Source of the DNA: a plasmid
Strand: one strand, 5' to 3'
Sequence record: NZ_CP086424.1
DNA length: 64,000 bases
Positions 43,020-52,478 of the stretch are shown piece after piece (position 1 is the stretch's first letter; each line of letters begins with the position of its first letter). A program made the translations under genes and the position numbers. The notes beneath the pieces were generated by a model. That model searched no databases, was not told where the DNA came from, and saw only the letters and a list, made by a program, of their open reading frames with translations.

Positions 43020-43059
43020 AGGTGGCCCTTGTCTTCTCAGATAGCATGGGAAGGTTGAA

Positions 43060-45867
43060 ATGGAGAACACAATGCGAAGTCATAATTACTTTATGAAAGC
43101 TGTGGCCTCGCTGTTGACAGTAACCATGTCTGCGCTGCCGATACATTCCTACGCTAACGGTAGCCAAGACCAGGACATCACAGCGGTGGGTAAAGAGGCC
43201 CAGGCTTTCGGACAAAACCTCTCAAACTCATTCAAGTCGAGCTCGGGGACTGTGCAAGATGGCACAATCTCTATGCCGACGTTGAAAGACGGTCAATTCC
43301 AAATGAACGGGGGGAGTCAGATTAATGTCAATGATCTATTCCCCGGAACGAGCGGGACCAACAATAAACCTGATAGTTATTACTTCCCTGATGCCAATAA
43401 ACCTGATGTGGGCGGTCTGCAAGGCATTTACGACTCTGGCGATGACATGGACAGCGTGGGGAATAATGCAAAAGGGTCGCTGTGGAGTGATGCCAATAGT
43501 GCTAATCCATCAATCTCTGGTGCGGCATACAAGGTTCTTCTCGATGCCTCTAATCGATCACGCCCTGATTTCAGTAATGACCCGGTACTAAATCTAAGCA
43601 AAAAGACCTATGAGGATATGGACCTCATCGCAGGTGGCTTTGGGGATTGTTCTGCCGAAACAACCATCAATCAGAATACTATCAACGCCCACATTCCAGA
43701 GTATGAACGGTGTCAGCGTGTTGTAGATCAAAGCGCGGACTGTGAGGTTGTCCATGACTACGACGCCTCTGTGGTGAAGCACTATGATGGTCCATATAAC
43801 CTCAAATCTTGTGGAGAAGGCTGTACTGAGTTGTGGATTGGTCGAGTGGGGGACAACTACTGGAGTGGTAACTGCAAGATTTATGAGGAGTACACGCGGG
43901 TCCAAGTCAGCAATCCAGATGCCATAGTGTCTGCAACGCTTGAATACGCCAAGTGGGATGACTACATGCAAGTGTGGGTCGGTAAGTCCGGCCAAGAGAC
44001 TAAAGTGTGGTCTGGCCCAGATGGCAACTTCCCTCCAGAAACAGCCGGTAGATGTGAGCTCTCCACGAGTTGGGAGCGAAACCCTAATGTTGATGTCACT
44101 CCCTATTTTAAGAACGTGAAAGATGGTGATGTTGTTACGTTTAAGATCCGCGTTTCAGTAAGTGGCGAAGGTGAGGGTTTTGGCCGCATAAAACTCCGCT
44201 ATGACCCATCGAAAGCCATTACCAAGGATGAGTGGGCTCCACAGAGCTGCATGGATTCAGCCAAAGGGGTGGTAGATGGTTTTGCGGAAGGCGAGATCAC
44301 ATGTATAGATGACCCGACTGATGCTACTGGCTGCACAGTCATCAATGGGATCAAAGTTTGCGAATCTCAACTCAAGCCGTCACCTTTGCCTGGTATTCCA
44401 AAACTATGCAAAAAGGTTCGAGTTAAAGCTGACTATGACTTCTATAAGGGGCAAATGGACTGCTGGACAGACCCTCAAGGTGAAACGCACTGTCCGGTAA
44501 ACACGGGCGGGAATCTCGATAGCTGTCAGAAATATGAAGAAAACCCTCAGTGCGGCTTCATCAGTTCCAAATGTGTTGATGGTGCTCAGGGAAGTTCTGG
44601 TACGTGCTACGTCCACGAGGATACTTATGACTGTGGTACAGATGTTTCTGTTCCGACCTTGGAAAAGGAAACTGAGTACCAGTGCGGTGGGCCTATACGC
44701 TGCATGGGAGATGACTGCCTTGATTTGACCAAAACACAAAGCACTGATTTTGCTCGCGCTACTGCGTTGCTCAATGCAGCCCAATTCATGACGCAGGATA
44801 TGAGCTGCACAGGCCAAGATGGGGATGACAATCCTACCGGGGATGAAAACGTTATTTGCTCTGCTTTTGCAGGGGAAGCTGGCGAATGCAAGATAGCTGT
44901 TGGGGGAGTTTCTGATTGCTGTGAAAAGCCAACCAATATATCTCTTGCCGATTATCTGAACCTAATAATGGCCGTTCCAAAGCTCGATGGCGCAGTGATG
45001 GGGCTGACTGATGGTAATGCGCTTAAAGGTGCTTATCAGGTACTTAGGGAACCTGCCCTTCAAGGGTGGACAGAAGTCACAAAACCGTTCACAAGTTATA
45101 TAGAGAACGTTTCAGGTGCTGTTGATTCGTTCTTCCAGCCTGTAGAGCAGTTTGTTGATCAACTCATTGACCAGCTCAAAGAGCAAGTCAAAGAAGTGAT
45201 GATGGATGTCATGAAATCAGCAGGCCAAGATGCAGCAACAGAGCAGGCGGCTGCCGCAGCATCTGAACAAGCTGCCGAAGCAATGATGGAGACTGCGACA
45301 ACATGGCTTAGCACTGCCATGACGATATATACCGTCTATGTCGTTGCGATGGTGATGATCCAGATGATTTATAAGTGCGAGGAAGAAGAGTTCACTATGA
45401 ACGCAAAAAGAGCGCTCAAGAATTGCACCTATGTAGGCTCTTATTGTAAATCTAAGGTGTTGGGCGCTTGTATTGAAAAAAGAGAAGCGTATTGCTGCTT
45501 CAATTCTCCGCTCTCTCGTATTATACAAGAACAGGTTCGCCCTCAATTGGGGCAGAACTTTGGAGACCCCAAAAATCCTCAGTGTGAAGGGATTCCACTA
45601 GATAAAATTGCCGAAATTGATTGGAGCAAAATTAATTTGGATGAGTGGCTTGGGATATTACAGCAGAACGGTAAATTCCCTGATCCGGCCTCAATAAATC
45701 TCGACTCGCTGACTGGAGCAGGGAATGACTTCAATATTGACGGGACGCGGAAGAATGCTCAGGAAAGGGCGTTGGAGCGGTTGGAAGGGATTGATATTGA
45801 CGCGAAGCGAAAAGAGGCGACAAACAGCATAGACCCTCAAACAGGCGCGCCAACTGGTGGTGGATAA
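43060..45867 (+). CDS. traN: Outer-membrane mating-pair stabilisation protein TraN
   Basis: 935 aa. Signal peptide. Very many Cys residues. C-terminal conserved CxxC cluster. Confidence 0.8.
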   Translation: MENTMRSHNYFMKAVASLLTVTMSALPIHSYANGSQDQDITAVGKEAQAFGQNLSNSFKSSSGTVQDGTISMPTLKDGQFQMNGGSQINVNDLFPGTSGTNNKPDSYYFPDANKPDVGGLQGIYDSGDDMDSVGNNAKGSLWSDANSANPSISGAAYKVLLDASNRSRPDFSNDPVLNLSKKTYEDMDLIAGGFGDCSAETTINQNTINAHIPEYERCQRVVDQSADCEVVHDYDASVVKHYDGPYNLKSCGEGCTELWIGRVGDNYWSGNCKIYEEYTRVQVSNPDAIVSATLEYAKWDDYMQVWVGKSGQETKVWSGPDGNFPPETAGRCELSTSWERNPNVDVTPYFKNVKDGDVVTFKIRVSVSGEGEGFGRIKLRYDPSKAITKDEWAPQSCMDSAKGVVDGFAEGEITCIDDPTDATGCTVINGIKVCESQLKPSPLPGIPKLCKKVRVKADYDFYKGQMDCWTDPQGETHCPVNTGGNLDSCQKYEENPQCGFISSKCVDGAQGSSGTCYVHEDTYDCGTDVSVPTLEKETEYQCGGPIRCMGDDCLDLTKTQSTDFARATALLNAAQFMTQDMSCTGQDGDDNPTGDENVICSAFAGEAGECKIAVGGVSDCCEKPTNISLADYLNLIMAVPKLDGAVMGLTDGNALKGAYQVLREPALQGWTEVTKPFTSYIENVSGAVDSFFQPVEQFVDQLIDQLKEQVKEVMMDVMKSAGQDAATEQAAAAASEQAAEAMMETATTWLSTAMTIYTVYVVAMVMIQMIYKCEEEEFTMNAKRALKNCTYVGSYCKSKVLGACIEKREAYCCFNSPLSRIIQEQVRPQLGQNFGDPKNPQCEGIPLDKIAEIDWSKINLDEWLGILQQNGKFPDPASINLDSLTGAGNDFNIDGTRKNAQERALERLEGIDIDAKRKEATNSIDPQTGAPTGGG

Positions 45868-45895
45868 AAAAAGGGGCCTTTCGGCCCCTTTCTCA
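45868..45895. terminator. Bidirectional terminator
   Basis: AAAAAAGGGGCCTTTCGGCCCCTTT. Confidence 0.7.
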
Positions 45896-45905
45896 TGTAG
45901 ATTGA

Positions 45906-46766
45906 TTACGCTTCTGGGTAAACAAATAACTCTGCTTTTCCCTGATCAAGAAGGTAAGGGAAAGCAACTTTTTCGCCATTATCCAGCTCAACCGATTTTG
46001 GAGCAAGGTAGAGGTAGGCCCAAGCTGGTAGCTGTTTGCTAATAGCTGCGTAGATCGCTTGCTGAGGAGCATGGCTTGCTGCCCCATTACCGACATTCAC
46101 AAAGTTGTATGCGGTCTCATGGCCTGATGTGAAGGCATACGCTGTACCTTGAACGCCAGAGACAAAATTAGGAGCTGACCCTAGGCGAGGCTCCACGATT
46201 TTCACCTTAACGGAACACATGTCAGCTACCTTACTTTGTCCGTTCACCCACGTCGGGCAACCCCATTCATTCTTGTAGAACTGATAGGTTAGGCGACCGT
46301 CTTTGTCATACAGAAGCGTGAAATTGGCACCCAAATCAGTCAGCGCTGACTCAATGGAAACTTTCACATGTGAAAGAAATTTGGCCTGAGCGTCTGCCGG
46401 TGAAACTGCTTCGTTAGCAGGCATCCAAGCGATCAAGCTATTGCGAGCGCCATGCTGTTTGGGGCCGATAGCCCAGTTCGCAAGGTTGACCAAGCCACCT
46501 TGCCAGTCGGTCATTCCGAGCTGAGGGGACATGTAGCCAGACAGCACGTAGGCTGCCCCAAACGTTTTGGTGTCGGTCAGACGCTCCAGCTTGTCACGCG
46601 GAACAGAAGCGTCTTGGATGCCTGTTACCAGGCCACCGGCCTCCGCGATGTTGTAAGCGCGACTGTGATTGGTTTTGTACGCTGTGGGTTCGTAACTGCT
46701 GGTGGATGCACAGCCAGATAGAGCTGCTACAGCCAGAGCCACGGTGGTGATTAAAGCCTTTTTCAT
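45906..46766 (-). CDS. Lipoprotein, hypothetical
   Basis: MKKALITTVALAVAALSGCAS lipobox. 286 aa. Confidence 0.6.
   Translation of the reverse strand: MKKALITTVALAVAALSGCASTSSYEPTAYKTNHSRAYNIAEAGGLVTGIQDASVPRDKLERLTDTKTFGAAYVLSGYMSPQLGMTDWQGGLVNLANWAIGPKQHGARNSLIAWMPANEAVSPADAQAKFLSHVKVSIESALTDLGANFTLLYDKDGRLTYQFYKNEWGCPTWVNGQSKVADMCSVKVKIVEPRLGSAPNFVSGVQGTAYAFTSGHETAYNFVNVGNGAASHAPQQAIYAAISKQLPAWAYLYLAPKSVELDNGEKVAFPYLLDQGKAELFVYPEA
46361..46376. repeat. 16-bp palindrome CTTTCACATGTGAAAG, copy 3 (inside the lipoprotein CDS)
   Basis: Identical to the other copies. Confidence 0.9.
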
Positions 46767-46888
46767 GTTGTTCTCCGTTCTTACCTGAGTTGAATCTGAT
46801 TTACTTCGATAATATCACAGCATCAAAAAATGCAACCATAAAAGACAAAAAAAAGCCCCTCGGGCGAGGGGCAAAGGTTTGGGCTGGG

Positions 46889-47530
46889 TTATGCTGCTTT
46901 TGTTTTCTCGGCTTCGTCTGCGATTTCCTTGTCGCCGGTTGCAGATTCCGGAGCGGCTTCGGCCACTTCACCTTCTTTGCCTTTGCTGTGGGCGGAAATG
47001 CGAGCCCGTTTCTCGATGCCGATGATTCGACCGGCCAGCTTGATGAGGCGTTGCTGCCATTGGTAAGTGGCGTCGGTGCGCTGCTTGCTGGTCAGTACGG
47101 TGTTCAGCCAGAGAGTGTCAACGATCCCCATCAGGGTATCCAGTTTGCGGATCAGGTGTGCAAACTGAGCAACCTGAGGAGAGTTGATCTCGATGGTGTA
47201 TTCATTCGGGTTGGTGTAGCCGGGCATCATGTCGATGCCGTTGTCTTCCATCAGCTTGTTGAGCTGGGCGGTAGCTTTGTCCAGGTCTTCGGAGACCTTG
47301 GAAATGTGTTCCAGGATGACGGTTTCAACCTGGTCGATTTCGTCCTGCTCACCGATGATGCGAAGGATCACGTCGATGGAGAACAGGGAGTTGGAAACTC
47401 GCTCAAAGCTGCGTTCCATGACGCGCTGAGCTTGGAGGCTGTTTACTTTCAGAACTTGCTTGAAAACAGGGCGAGAGTAGTGGTTGCTGCGGTCGTTGTT
47501 TGTGTCCAGTGCTACTTGTGCTTCTGCCAT
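46889..47530 (-). CDS. Hypothetical protein divergent from the island operon
   Basis: Start at 47530 (MAEAQVALDT…) with an AGGAG Shine-Dalgarno. 213 aa. Ala/Glu-rich C-terminal tail. Confidence 0.55.
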   Translation of the reverse strand: MAEAQVALDTNNDRSNHYSRPVFKQVLKVNSLQAQRVMERSFERVSNSLFSIDVILRIIGEQDEIDQVETVILEHISKVSEDLDKATAQLNKLMEDNGIDMMPGYTNPNEYTIEINSPQVAQFAHLIRKLDTLMGIVDTLWLNTVLTSKQRTDATYQWQQRLIKLAGRIIGIEKRARISAHSKGKEGEVAEAAPESATGDKEIADEAEKTKAA

Positions 47531-47612
47531 TAGAGATACTCCTAAATTTGAGGTACAGATAAACGCACTGGAAAGGATAAATGCGGTCAATCTGTAACCT
47601 GACCTCTCGAAG

Positions 47613-47636
47613 TGCCCAAAATGGACAGTTACAGCG
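47613..47636 (+). promoter_or_regulatory. AcaCD/SetCD-like activator box, copy 7
   Basis: TGCCCAAAATGGACAGTTACAGCG, oriented toward the + strand island. Confidence 0.55.
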
Positions 47637-47695
47637 TTTTCTGTTTAGCAAAGGTGAGCTATATTTGAATCATCTTAGTCGCTCTGCGGCTATAG

Positions 47696-47728
47696 GTGAG
47701 ATAGCTGGTCTCCGAAAACAAACAGCAT
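47696..47728 (+). promoter_or_regulatory. Conserved promoter-like core, copy A of 5
   Basis: GTGAGATAGCTGGTCTCCGAAAACAAACAGCAT, about 100 bp upstream of ATG 47825. Confidence 0.5.
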
Positions 47729-47824
47729 CTAGTCTTATGCCGTATGGCATTACTTAACCCCAAGCCGGGGGCTTCTCCCGGTTTTCGGGTGTTGCCCCTG
47801 TTTTTTTTACATAGGAGCAACACC

Positions 47825-48145
47825 ATGCACATCATCACTTTCATTGTAGTTCTGCTTGCATCTCTGGGCGCACTGTACGTAGGCGCGAAGGCATTTGCTT
47901 TTTCCTTCATCGTTCTCGCTAAAGTGTTCCAGCGTATCGGTTTGTTCCTTTGGAACAAATTCGCAGTTCCTGCAATGCGGTCTGTACAGGCCGTCATCAA
48001 AGAACGTGCTGCCAAGGCTGAACAAGCCAAAGCAGTCGTTGAACCTGAGGTAACTCAAGTTCAAGAAGTCGCTAAACAAGAACCTGACTGGGATTATCTC
48101 GAAATCCCGACTTACCTTCGTAAGGGCAAGGAACTTGTTTGGTAA
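47825..48145 (+). CDS. Small membrane protein
   Basis: MHIITFIVVLLASLGALYVGAKAFAFSFIVLA hydrophobic N-terminus. AGGAG Shine-Dalgarno. 106 aa. Confidence 0.5.
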   Translation: MHIITFIVVLLASLGALYVGAKAFAFSFIVLAKVFQRIGLFLWNKFAVPAMRSVQAVIKERAAKAEQAKAVVEPEVTQVQEVAKQEPDWDYLEIPTYLRKGKELVW

Positions 48146-48239
48146 TAACTGTCGCTGAGTAATCTTCGACACTTTCAAACCCATCGGGGCAACCATACCC
48201 CGACGGGGATGTTGCCCCTTTTTGCTTAGGAGCAACATC

Positions 48240-48332
48240 ATGGAAATCGCTATCATCGCTTTGTGTATCCCTGCTGGTTGGGCAATCTCTCGTCCTTTCG
48301 TGAGAATCGCTGAATCGTTCGGTTACTGCTGA
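48240..48332 (+). CDS. 30-aa hydrophobic peptide
   Basis: MEIAIIALCIPAGWAISRPFVRIAESFGYC. The leader is paralogous to that of the 47825 gene. Confidence 0.3.
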   Translation: MEIAIIALCIPAGWAISRPFVRIAESFGYC

Positions 48333-48448
48333 TAGTCAACGCAAAGGGAGGGGGCAACCCCTCTCTTTCTGGTCAAGCCTCTGTGGCTTGTCCTCAAAGT
48401 CTTCTGGTGTCAGTTGGCTTTGACGACAAGCTACAGGGGGAATGTCGA

Positions 48449-48634
48449 ATGCAACAGAATCTTCATGTTTACGACGATCACGCAGGCATCATCTATCTGG
48501 CTGATGGACGCGAGGTGAAATTTGATCCGAAACTGTATTCCAGCTCCTACCAGGCGCACAGTGAAGCAGTGAAGTGGGCCAAAGAAACCGGGGTCATTGG
48601 TCAAAACGACGATGTGGTGATGTTCGTCCATTGA
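48449..48634 (+). CDS. Small hypothetical protein
   Basis: 61 aa, GGGGG Shine-Dalgarno. Confidence 0.35.
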   Translation: MQQNLHVYDDHAGIIYLADGREVKFDPKLYSSSYQAHSEAVKWAKETGVIGQNDDVVMFVH

Positions 48635-48739
48635 GGGAGTAGCCTCCAGGAGAGGCTACTCTCCTCGCTCCTTAAAAGTCTTCTTACTCATGGTGAATAC
48701 CATCAGTAAGCAGATTTTGTTCTCTTCGGAGAGCGAAAA

Positions 48740-48772
48740 GTGCGATAGCTGGTCGCCAAAAACAAACAGCAA
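48740..48772 (+). promoter_or_regulatory. Conserved promoter-like core, copy B
   Basis: GTGCGATAGCTGGTCGCCAAAAACAAACAGCAA. The region 48707–48830 is near-identical to 53542–53665. Confidence 0.5.
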
Positions 48773-48853
48773 ATTAACGTTAATTTACTAGCCCAACCGG
48801 GCGCATCCGCCCGGTTCGGGACGTGGTGCGCCTGTCACAATAGGAGCGCACCT

Positions 48854-49822
48854 ATGTCTCAATACTCTCAATTCTCAGTAAGCAAGGTTTTCGGTATGCC
48901 CAGCATTCCGGAGAAGGTAACGGCCATCGGCTACGCTGACGGTTCAAACCCTTTCATCCCTGCCACTGATACCAACTACGTTTTCCGCAAAGAGTTTCTG
49001 CGAGAGGTCTTGGCCTATCTCAAAGAGCCTGGCGGTGACGCATTGTTCGTAACCGGCCCTACCGGGTCTGGCAAAACCTCAGGTATCACCGAGATCGCTG
49101 GTCGTCTCAACTGGCCTGTTCAGCAAATCACTGCCCACGGGCGGATGGAGCTGACAGATCTGATTGGACATCACGCTCTGGTCGCGGAAAAGCCTGGTCA
49201 ACCACCTGTCATGAAGTTCATGTATGGACCTCTGGCAGTCGCTATGCGTGAAGGTCATCTGCTCCTCATCAACGAGGTGGATTTGGCCGACCCTGCCGAG
49301 CTGGCTGGTCTCAACGATGTCCTTGAAGGGCGTCCCCTTGTGATCGCTCAGAATGGCGGGGAAATCATCAAGCCGCACCCGATGTTTCGTGTGGTCGTTA
49401 CTGGTAACTCTACGGGGTCCGGTGATGCTTCTGGTTTGTACCAGGGGGTGATGATGCAGAACCTCGCAGCTATGGATCGCTATCGTTTCACCAAAGTAGG
49501 GTATGCGGATGAGGAAGCTGAACTCAGCATTCTTGGCCGTGCTACTCCGAAACTTCCGGAAAATGTGCGGAAGGGAATGGTTCGGATTGCTAATCAGGTC
49601 CGCAAACTGTTTCTTGGCGAAAACGGTGAAGATGGTCAGATCAGCGTCACCATGTCCACTCGGACGTTGGTGCGTTGGGCGAAACTGTCTCTAGCGTTCC
49701 GTGGTGCCCCAAATGCTCTTGAATACGCCTTGGATCAAGCTCTGCTTATCCGTGCGGCCAAAGAGGAGCGTGAAGCCATCCTGCGTGTTGCGAAGGATGT
49801 GTTCGGGGACCAATGGCGCTAA
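48854..49822 (+). CDS. CobS/MoxR-like AAA+ ATPase
   Basis: Walker A GPTGSGKTS. Walker B LLLINEVD. 322 aa. Confidence 0.65.
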   Translation: MSQYSQFSVSKVFGMPSIPEKVTAIGYADGSNPFIPATDTNYVFRKEFLREVLAYLKEPGGDALFVTGPTGSGKTSGITEIAGRLNWPVQQITAHGRMELTDLIGHHALVAEKPGQPPVMKFMYGPLAVAMREGHLLLINEVDLADPAELAGLNDVLEGRPLVIAQNGGEIIKPHPMFRVVVTGNSTGSGDASGLYQGVMMQNLAAMDRYRFTKVGYADEEAELSILGRATPKLPENVRKGMVRIANQVRKLFLGENGEDGQISVTMSTRTLVRWAKLSLAFRGAPNALEYALDQALLIRAAKEEREAILRVAKDVFGDQWR

Positions 49823-49832
49823 GAGGTGACGC

Positions 49833-50741
49833 ATGAAGAAAAATGACTGTTTGTGCCGTCGTTACACTGCTAAAGAGTGGGGCAATGACGAAACCACAAT
49901 AGAAGTCTTCATTGGCTACAAGTTGCTCCGGGAGCCCAGCTCCTCGGAGCCAGGCCAATTCACGATGGTCGAGCTACGCCGAACCGTCACTGATGGGAAA
50001 GCTGAAAATTGGTCTGAGACAAAGCTCGAAGGACCTTTTGAAGCTAACGGCCCAGACACGATCCCAATGTCCTACAAGGACAAAGAAAGCCAGTATGTGT
50101 CACAGTTTCTCAGCCAGGGGTACACCTTTCTGGATGAGGTGCTGGTAAACGCAGAGACACAGACGGTGCTGGAAGGGGGGAATGTTTCAGCCGGACAAAC
50201 AGCCAGCTTGGGATCTCTCAACTGGCTGTTATCTCCGCCCTCTGAGTTACCTCCAGGTGACATAAACCTCTTCAAAGGTTTTGTTGCTGGGGTTTTTGCC
50301 AAAGGAGCCGGTTTAATCGGCTTTGAGGTTGCTCGGAGCGAAGGCTCAAATGACTTGCTACCCAGTGTGCTGATGCGTACTGACAGCGGTTATGAGCTTG
50401 GGGTTAGCACTGGACTAGGCGAAAACACTATCCATCCAGCTACGCTGGAAGGCGCTGGTGAACTCCGCCCGGAACATGGTCACAAACCCCTGCTGATGTT
50501 GGTTTACCTGCAACAGCGTTTCGCGGATGACTTTTCAAACGTAGAGAAGCCGCTGGTGGCATTCTGTGATGAACAGGGTGATACCTTCGACTACGAGCGT
50601 TTTGATTCACTAAAACCCCTCATTGAACGGTTTGGTTTCAGCTACGACGAAGTAAGAGCAGATGCAGAAAGGCTTGGCCTTGTATCTGAGCTGATTCGCC
50701 TGGCAGAGATCGACGCCGAACAAGAGGATCACTTTTTTTAA
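49833..50741 (+). CDS. Hypothetical protein ending in an acidic–aromatic tip (EQEDHFF)
   Basis: 302 aa, ATG 10 nt after the upstream stop. Confidence 0.5.
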   Translation: MKKNDCLCRRYTAKEWGNDETTIEVFIGYKLLREPSSSEPGQFTMVELRRTVTDGKAENWSETKLEGPFEANGPDTIPMSYKDKESQYVSQFLSQGYTFLDEVLVNAETQTVLEGGNVSAGQTASLGSLNWLLSPPSELPPGDINLFKGFVAGVFAKGAGLIGFEVARSEGSNDLLPSVLMRTDSGYELGVSTGLGENTIHPATLEGAGELRPEHGHKPLLMLVYLQQRFADDFSNVEKPLVAFCDEQGDTFDYERFDSLKPLIERFGFSYDEVRADAERLGLVSELIRLAEIDAEQEDHFF

Positions 50742-50804
50742 CCCTTACGGGGGCTTGCTCCCCGAAAGGGGCGTTGGCCCTCTCCAAATAACTTGGAGGT
50801 CATG

Positions 50805-51332
50805 ATGTCTAAAGGCGTCAACAAAGTAATTCTGGTCGGTAATCTCGGTTCTGACCCGGAAATTCGCTACATGCCAAGCGGCACTGCCGTTGCCAACTTC
50901 AACGTTGCAACAACGGATACGTGGCGCGATAAGCAGTCTGGCGAGCAAAGAGAGCATACTGAGTGGCACCGTATTGTGCTTAAAGGTCGTTTGGCGGAAG
51001 TCGCTGGTGAGTACCTGAAAAAGGGCTCCCAAGTCTATCTCGAAGGGAGCAACCGCACCCGGAAGTGGACTGACAGCCAACAAATCGAGCGCTACACCAC
51101 CGAAGTACACTGCGTTGAAATGCAGATGCTTGGTGGTCGTGGAAATGCACCTCAGGACAACTCTCAACGTGCAGCGCCCCAAAAAGGGCAACGTACAGGA
51201 GCCGGTACGCAATCTGCTCCTGTGCAGCAATCAGCACCGCAAGGTGGTATGGGCGGAGGCTATGGTCCCGCTCCTGATGGCTGGGATGATGACATCCCGT
51301 TCATGCGGCTGCACCACTTGGCTGGCGGGTAA
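50805..51332 (+). CDS. ssb: Single-stranded DNA-binding protein with a C-terminal extension
   Basis: OB-fold N-terminus ([22 protein letters not shown]). Gly/Gln-rich linker. DDDIPF followed by MRLHHLAGG before the stop. Confidence 0.8.
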   Translation: MSKGVNKVILVGNLGSDPEIRYMPSGTAVANFNVATTDTWRDKQSGEQREHTEWHRIVLKGRLAEVAGEYLKKGSQVYLEGSNRTRKWTDSQQIERYTTEVHCVEMQMLGGRGNAPQDNSQRAAPQKGQRTGAGTQSAPVQQSAPQGGMGGGYGPAPDGWDDDIPFMRLHHLAGG

Positions 51333-51426
51333 CACCGCCAACTCTTACTAAACCCCACGGGGGCACTCATGCCCCGAGGGGGTCATGGTGTCCTCAAACC
51401 GTTCATTCGTGAATTGGAGAAACACC
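51333..51426 (+). repeat. Exemplar of the intergenic GC-hairpin element family (at least 17 copies)
   Basis: CTAAACCCCACGGGGGCACTCATGCCCCGAGGGGGTCATGGTGTCC. Related elements at 47752–47822, 48177–48239, 48334–48380, 48636–48700, 50742–50800, 52414–52478, 53490–53547, 54967–55050, 56848–56908, 58049–58138, 58640–58712, 59598–59662, 59888–59948, 61061–61117, 61310–61377, 62268–62344 and 62648–62724. Confidence 0.7.
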
Positions 51427-52416
51427 ATGTCTGATAACAAATCTCTTGTAACCCGTATCGCAAGCCGGTTTGGCGTGGACACCCGAAAGTTCTATGAAAC
51501 TTTGAAGGCGACCGCATTCAAGCAGCGAGATGGAAGTGCCCCGACCGATGAGCAGATGATGACGCTCCTGATCGTGGCTGAACAGTACGGTTTGAACCCT
51601 TTCACTCGGGAAATCTATGCGTTTCCTGACAAGCAAAATGGGATCATTCCGGTAGTAGGTGTTGATGGTTGGAGCCGCATCATCAACGAGCATCCCCAGT
51701 ATGATGGCGTCGAGTTCGTGTATTCGGACAAGATGGTCAGAATGCAGGGGGCGAAAGTTGACTGCCCTGAGTGGATTGAATGCGTGATTTACCGTAAGGA
51801 CAGATCTCGCCCTATCCGCATCAAGGAGTTCATTGATGAGGTGTACCGTGAACCGTTTCAGGGTCAAGGTCGCAATGGTGCTTACACTGTTGATGGCCCC
51901 TGGCAAACGCACACCAAGCGTCAACTCCGGCACAAGTCGCTGATCCAGTGTTCTCGTGTCGCATTTGGTTTCTCTGGTATTTATGACCAGGATGAAGCTG
52001 AACGCATCCGTGAAATGGAGCAGGCATCGGCCATTAACCCGGCTATTGCCAATCTCCCTTCACCATCTCAAGTTCAAAGCCAAGAGCCTTTGGCTATTGA
52101 GCACAAAGAGCTTGACCCGATCCTAACCAAACTCGCAAATCGCGCCATTGCTGAAAACGCATGGTCTGCGGCGCATGAGTATGTGAAGGGACGGTATGAA
52201 GGTTCGGAACTGCAATATGCGACTCAATTCCTTCGTGACAAGGAGATGGATCAAATGGAGCCTCCGAAACCTGACTACCAGGAAGCGCACGAGCAAGAGT
52301 CCGCCGCTGGTGGTTCTGCAAATGCTGAACCTGGTGCCGAAGAAATGCCGCCTTTGAGTGACGAGGACATGATCCCTGTTACAGAAGAGGAGGGCGCGGA
52401 AGGCAGTTACTACTAA
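51427..52416 (+). CDS. bet: RecT/Redβ-family single-strand annealing protein
   Basis: 329 aa. Position between ssb and exo. RecT-like core. Acidic C-terminal tail ending …EGSYY. Confidence 0.7.
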   Translation: MSDNKSLVTRIASRFGVDTRKFYETLKATAFKQRDGSAPTDEQMMTLLIVAEQYGLNPFTREIYAFPDKQNGIIPVVGVDGWSRIINEHPQYDGVEFVYSDKMVRMQGAKVDCPEWIECVIYRKDRSRPIRIKEFIDEVYREPFQGQGRNGAYTVDGPWQTHTKRQLRHKSLIQCSRVAFGFSGIYDQDEAERIREMEQASAINPAIANLPSPSQVQSQEPLAIEHKELDPILTKLANRAIAENAWSAAHEYVKGRYEGSELQYATQFLRDKEMDQMEPPKPDYQEAHEQESAAGGSANAEPGAEEMPPLSDEDMIPVTEEEGAEGSYY

Positions 52417-52478
52417 CCCCAACGGGGGGGACTCCCCCGCTGGGGGAGATCTCCCTCCTAACCATTGGAGAGAGGTCC

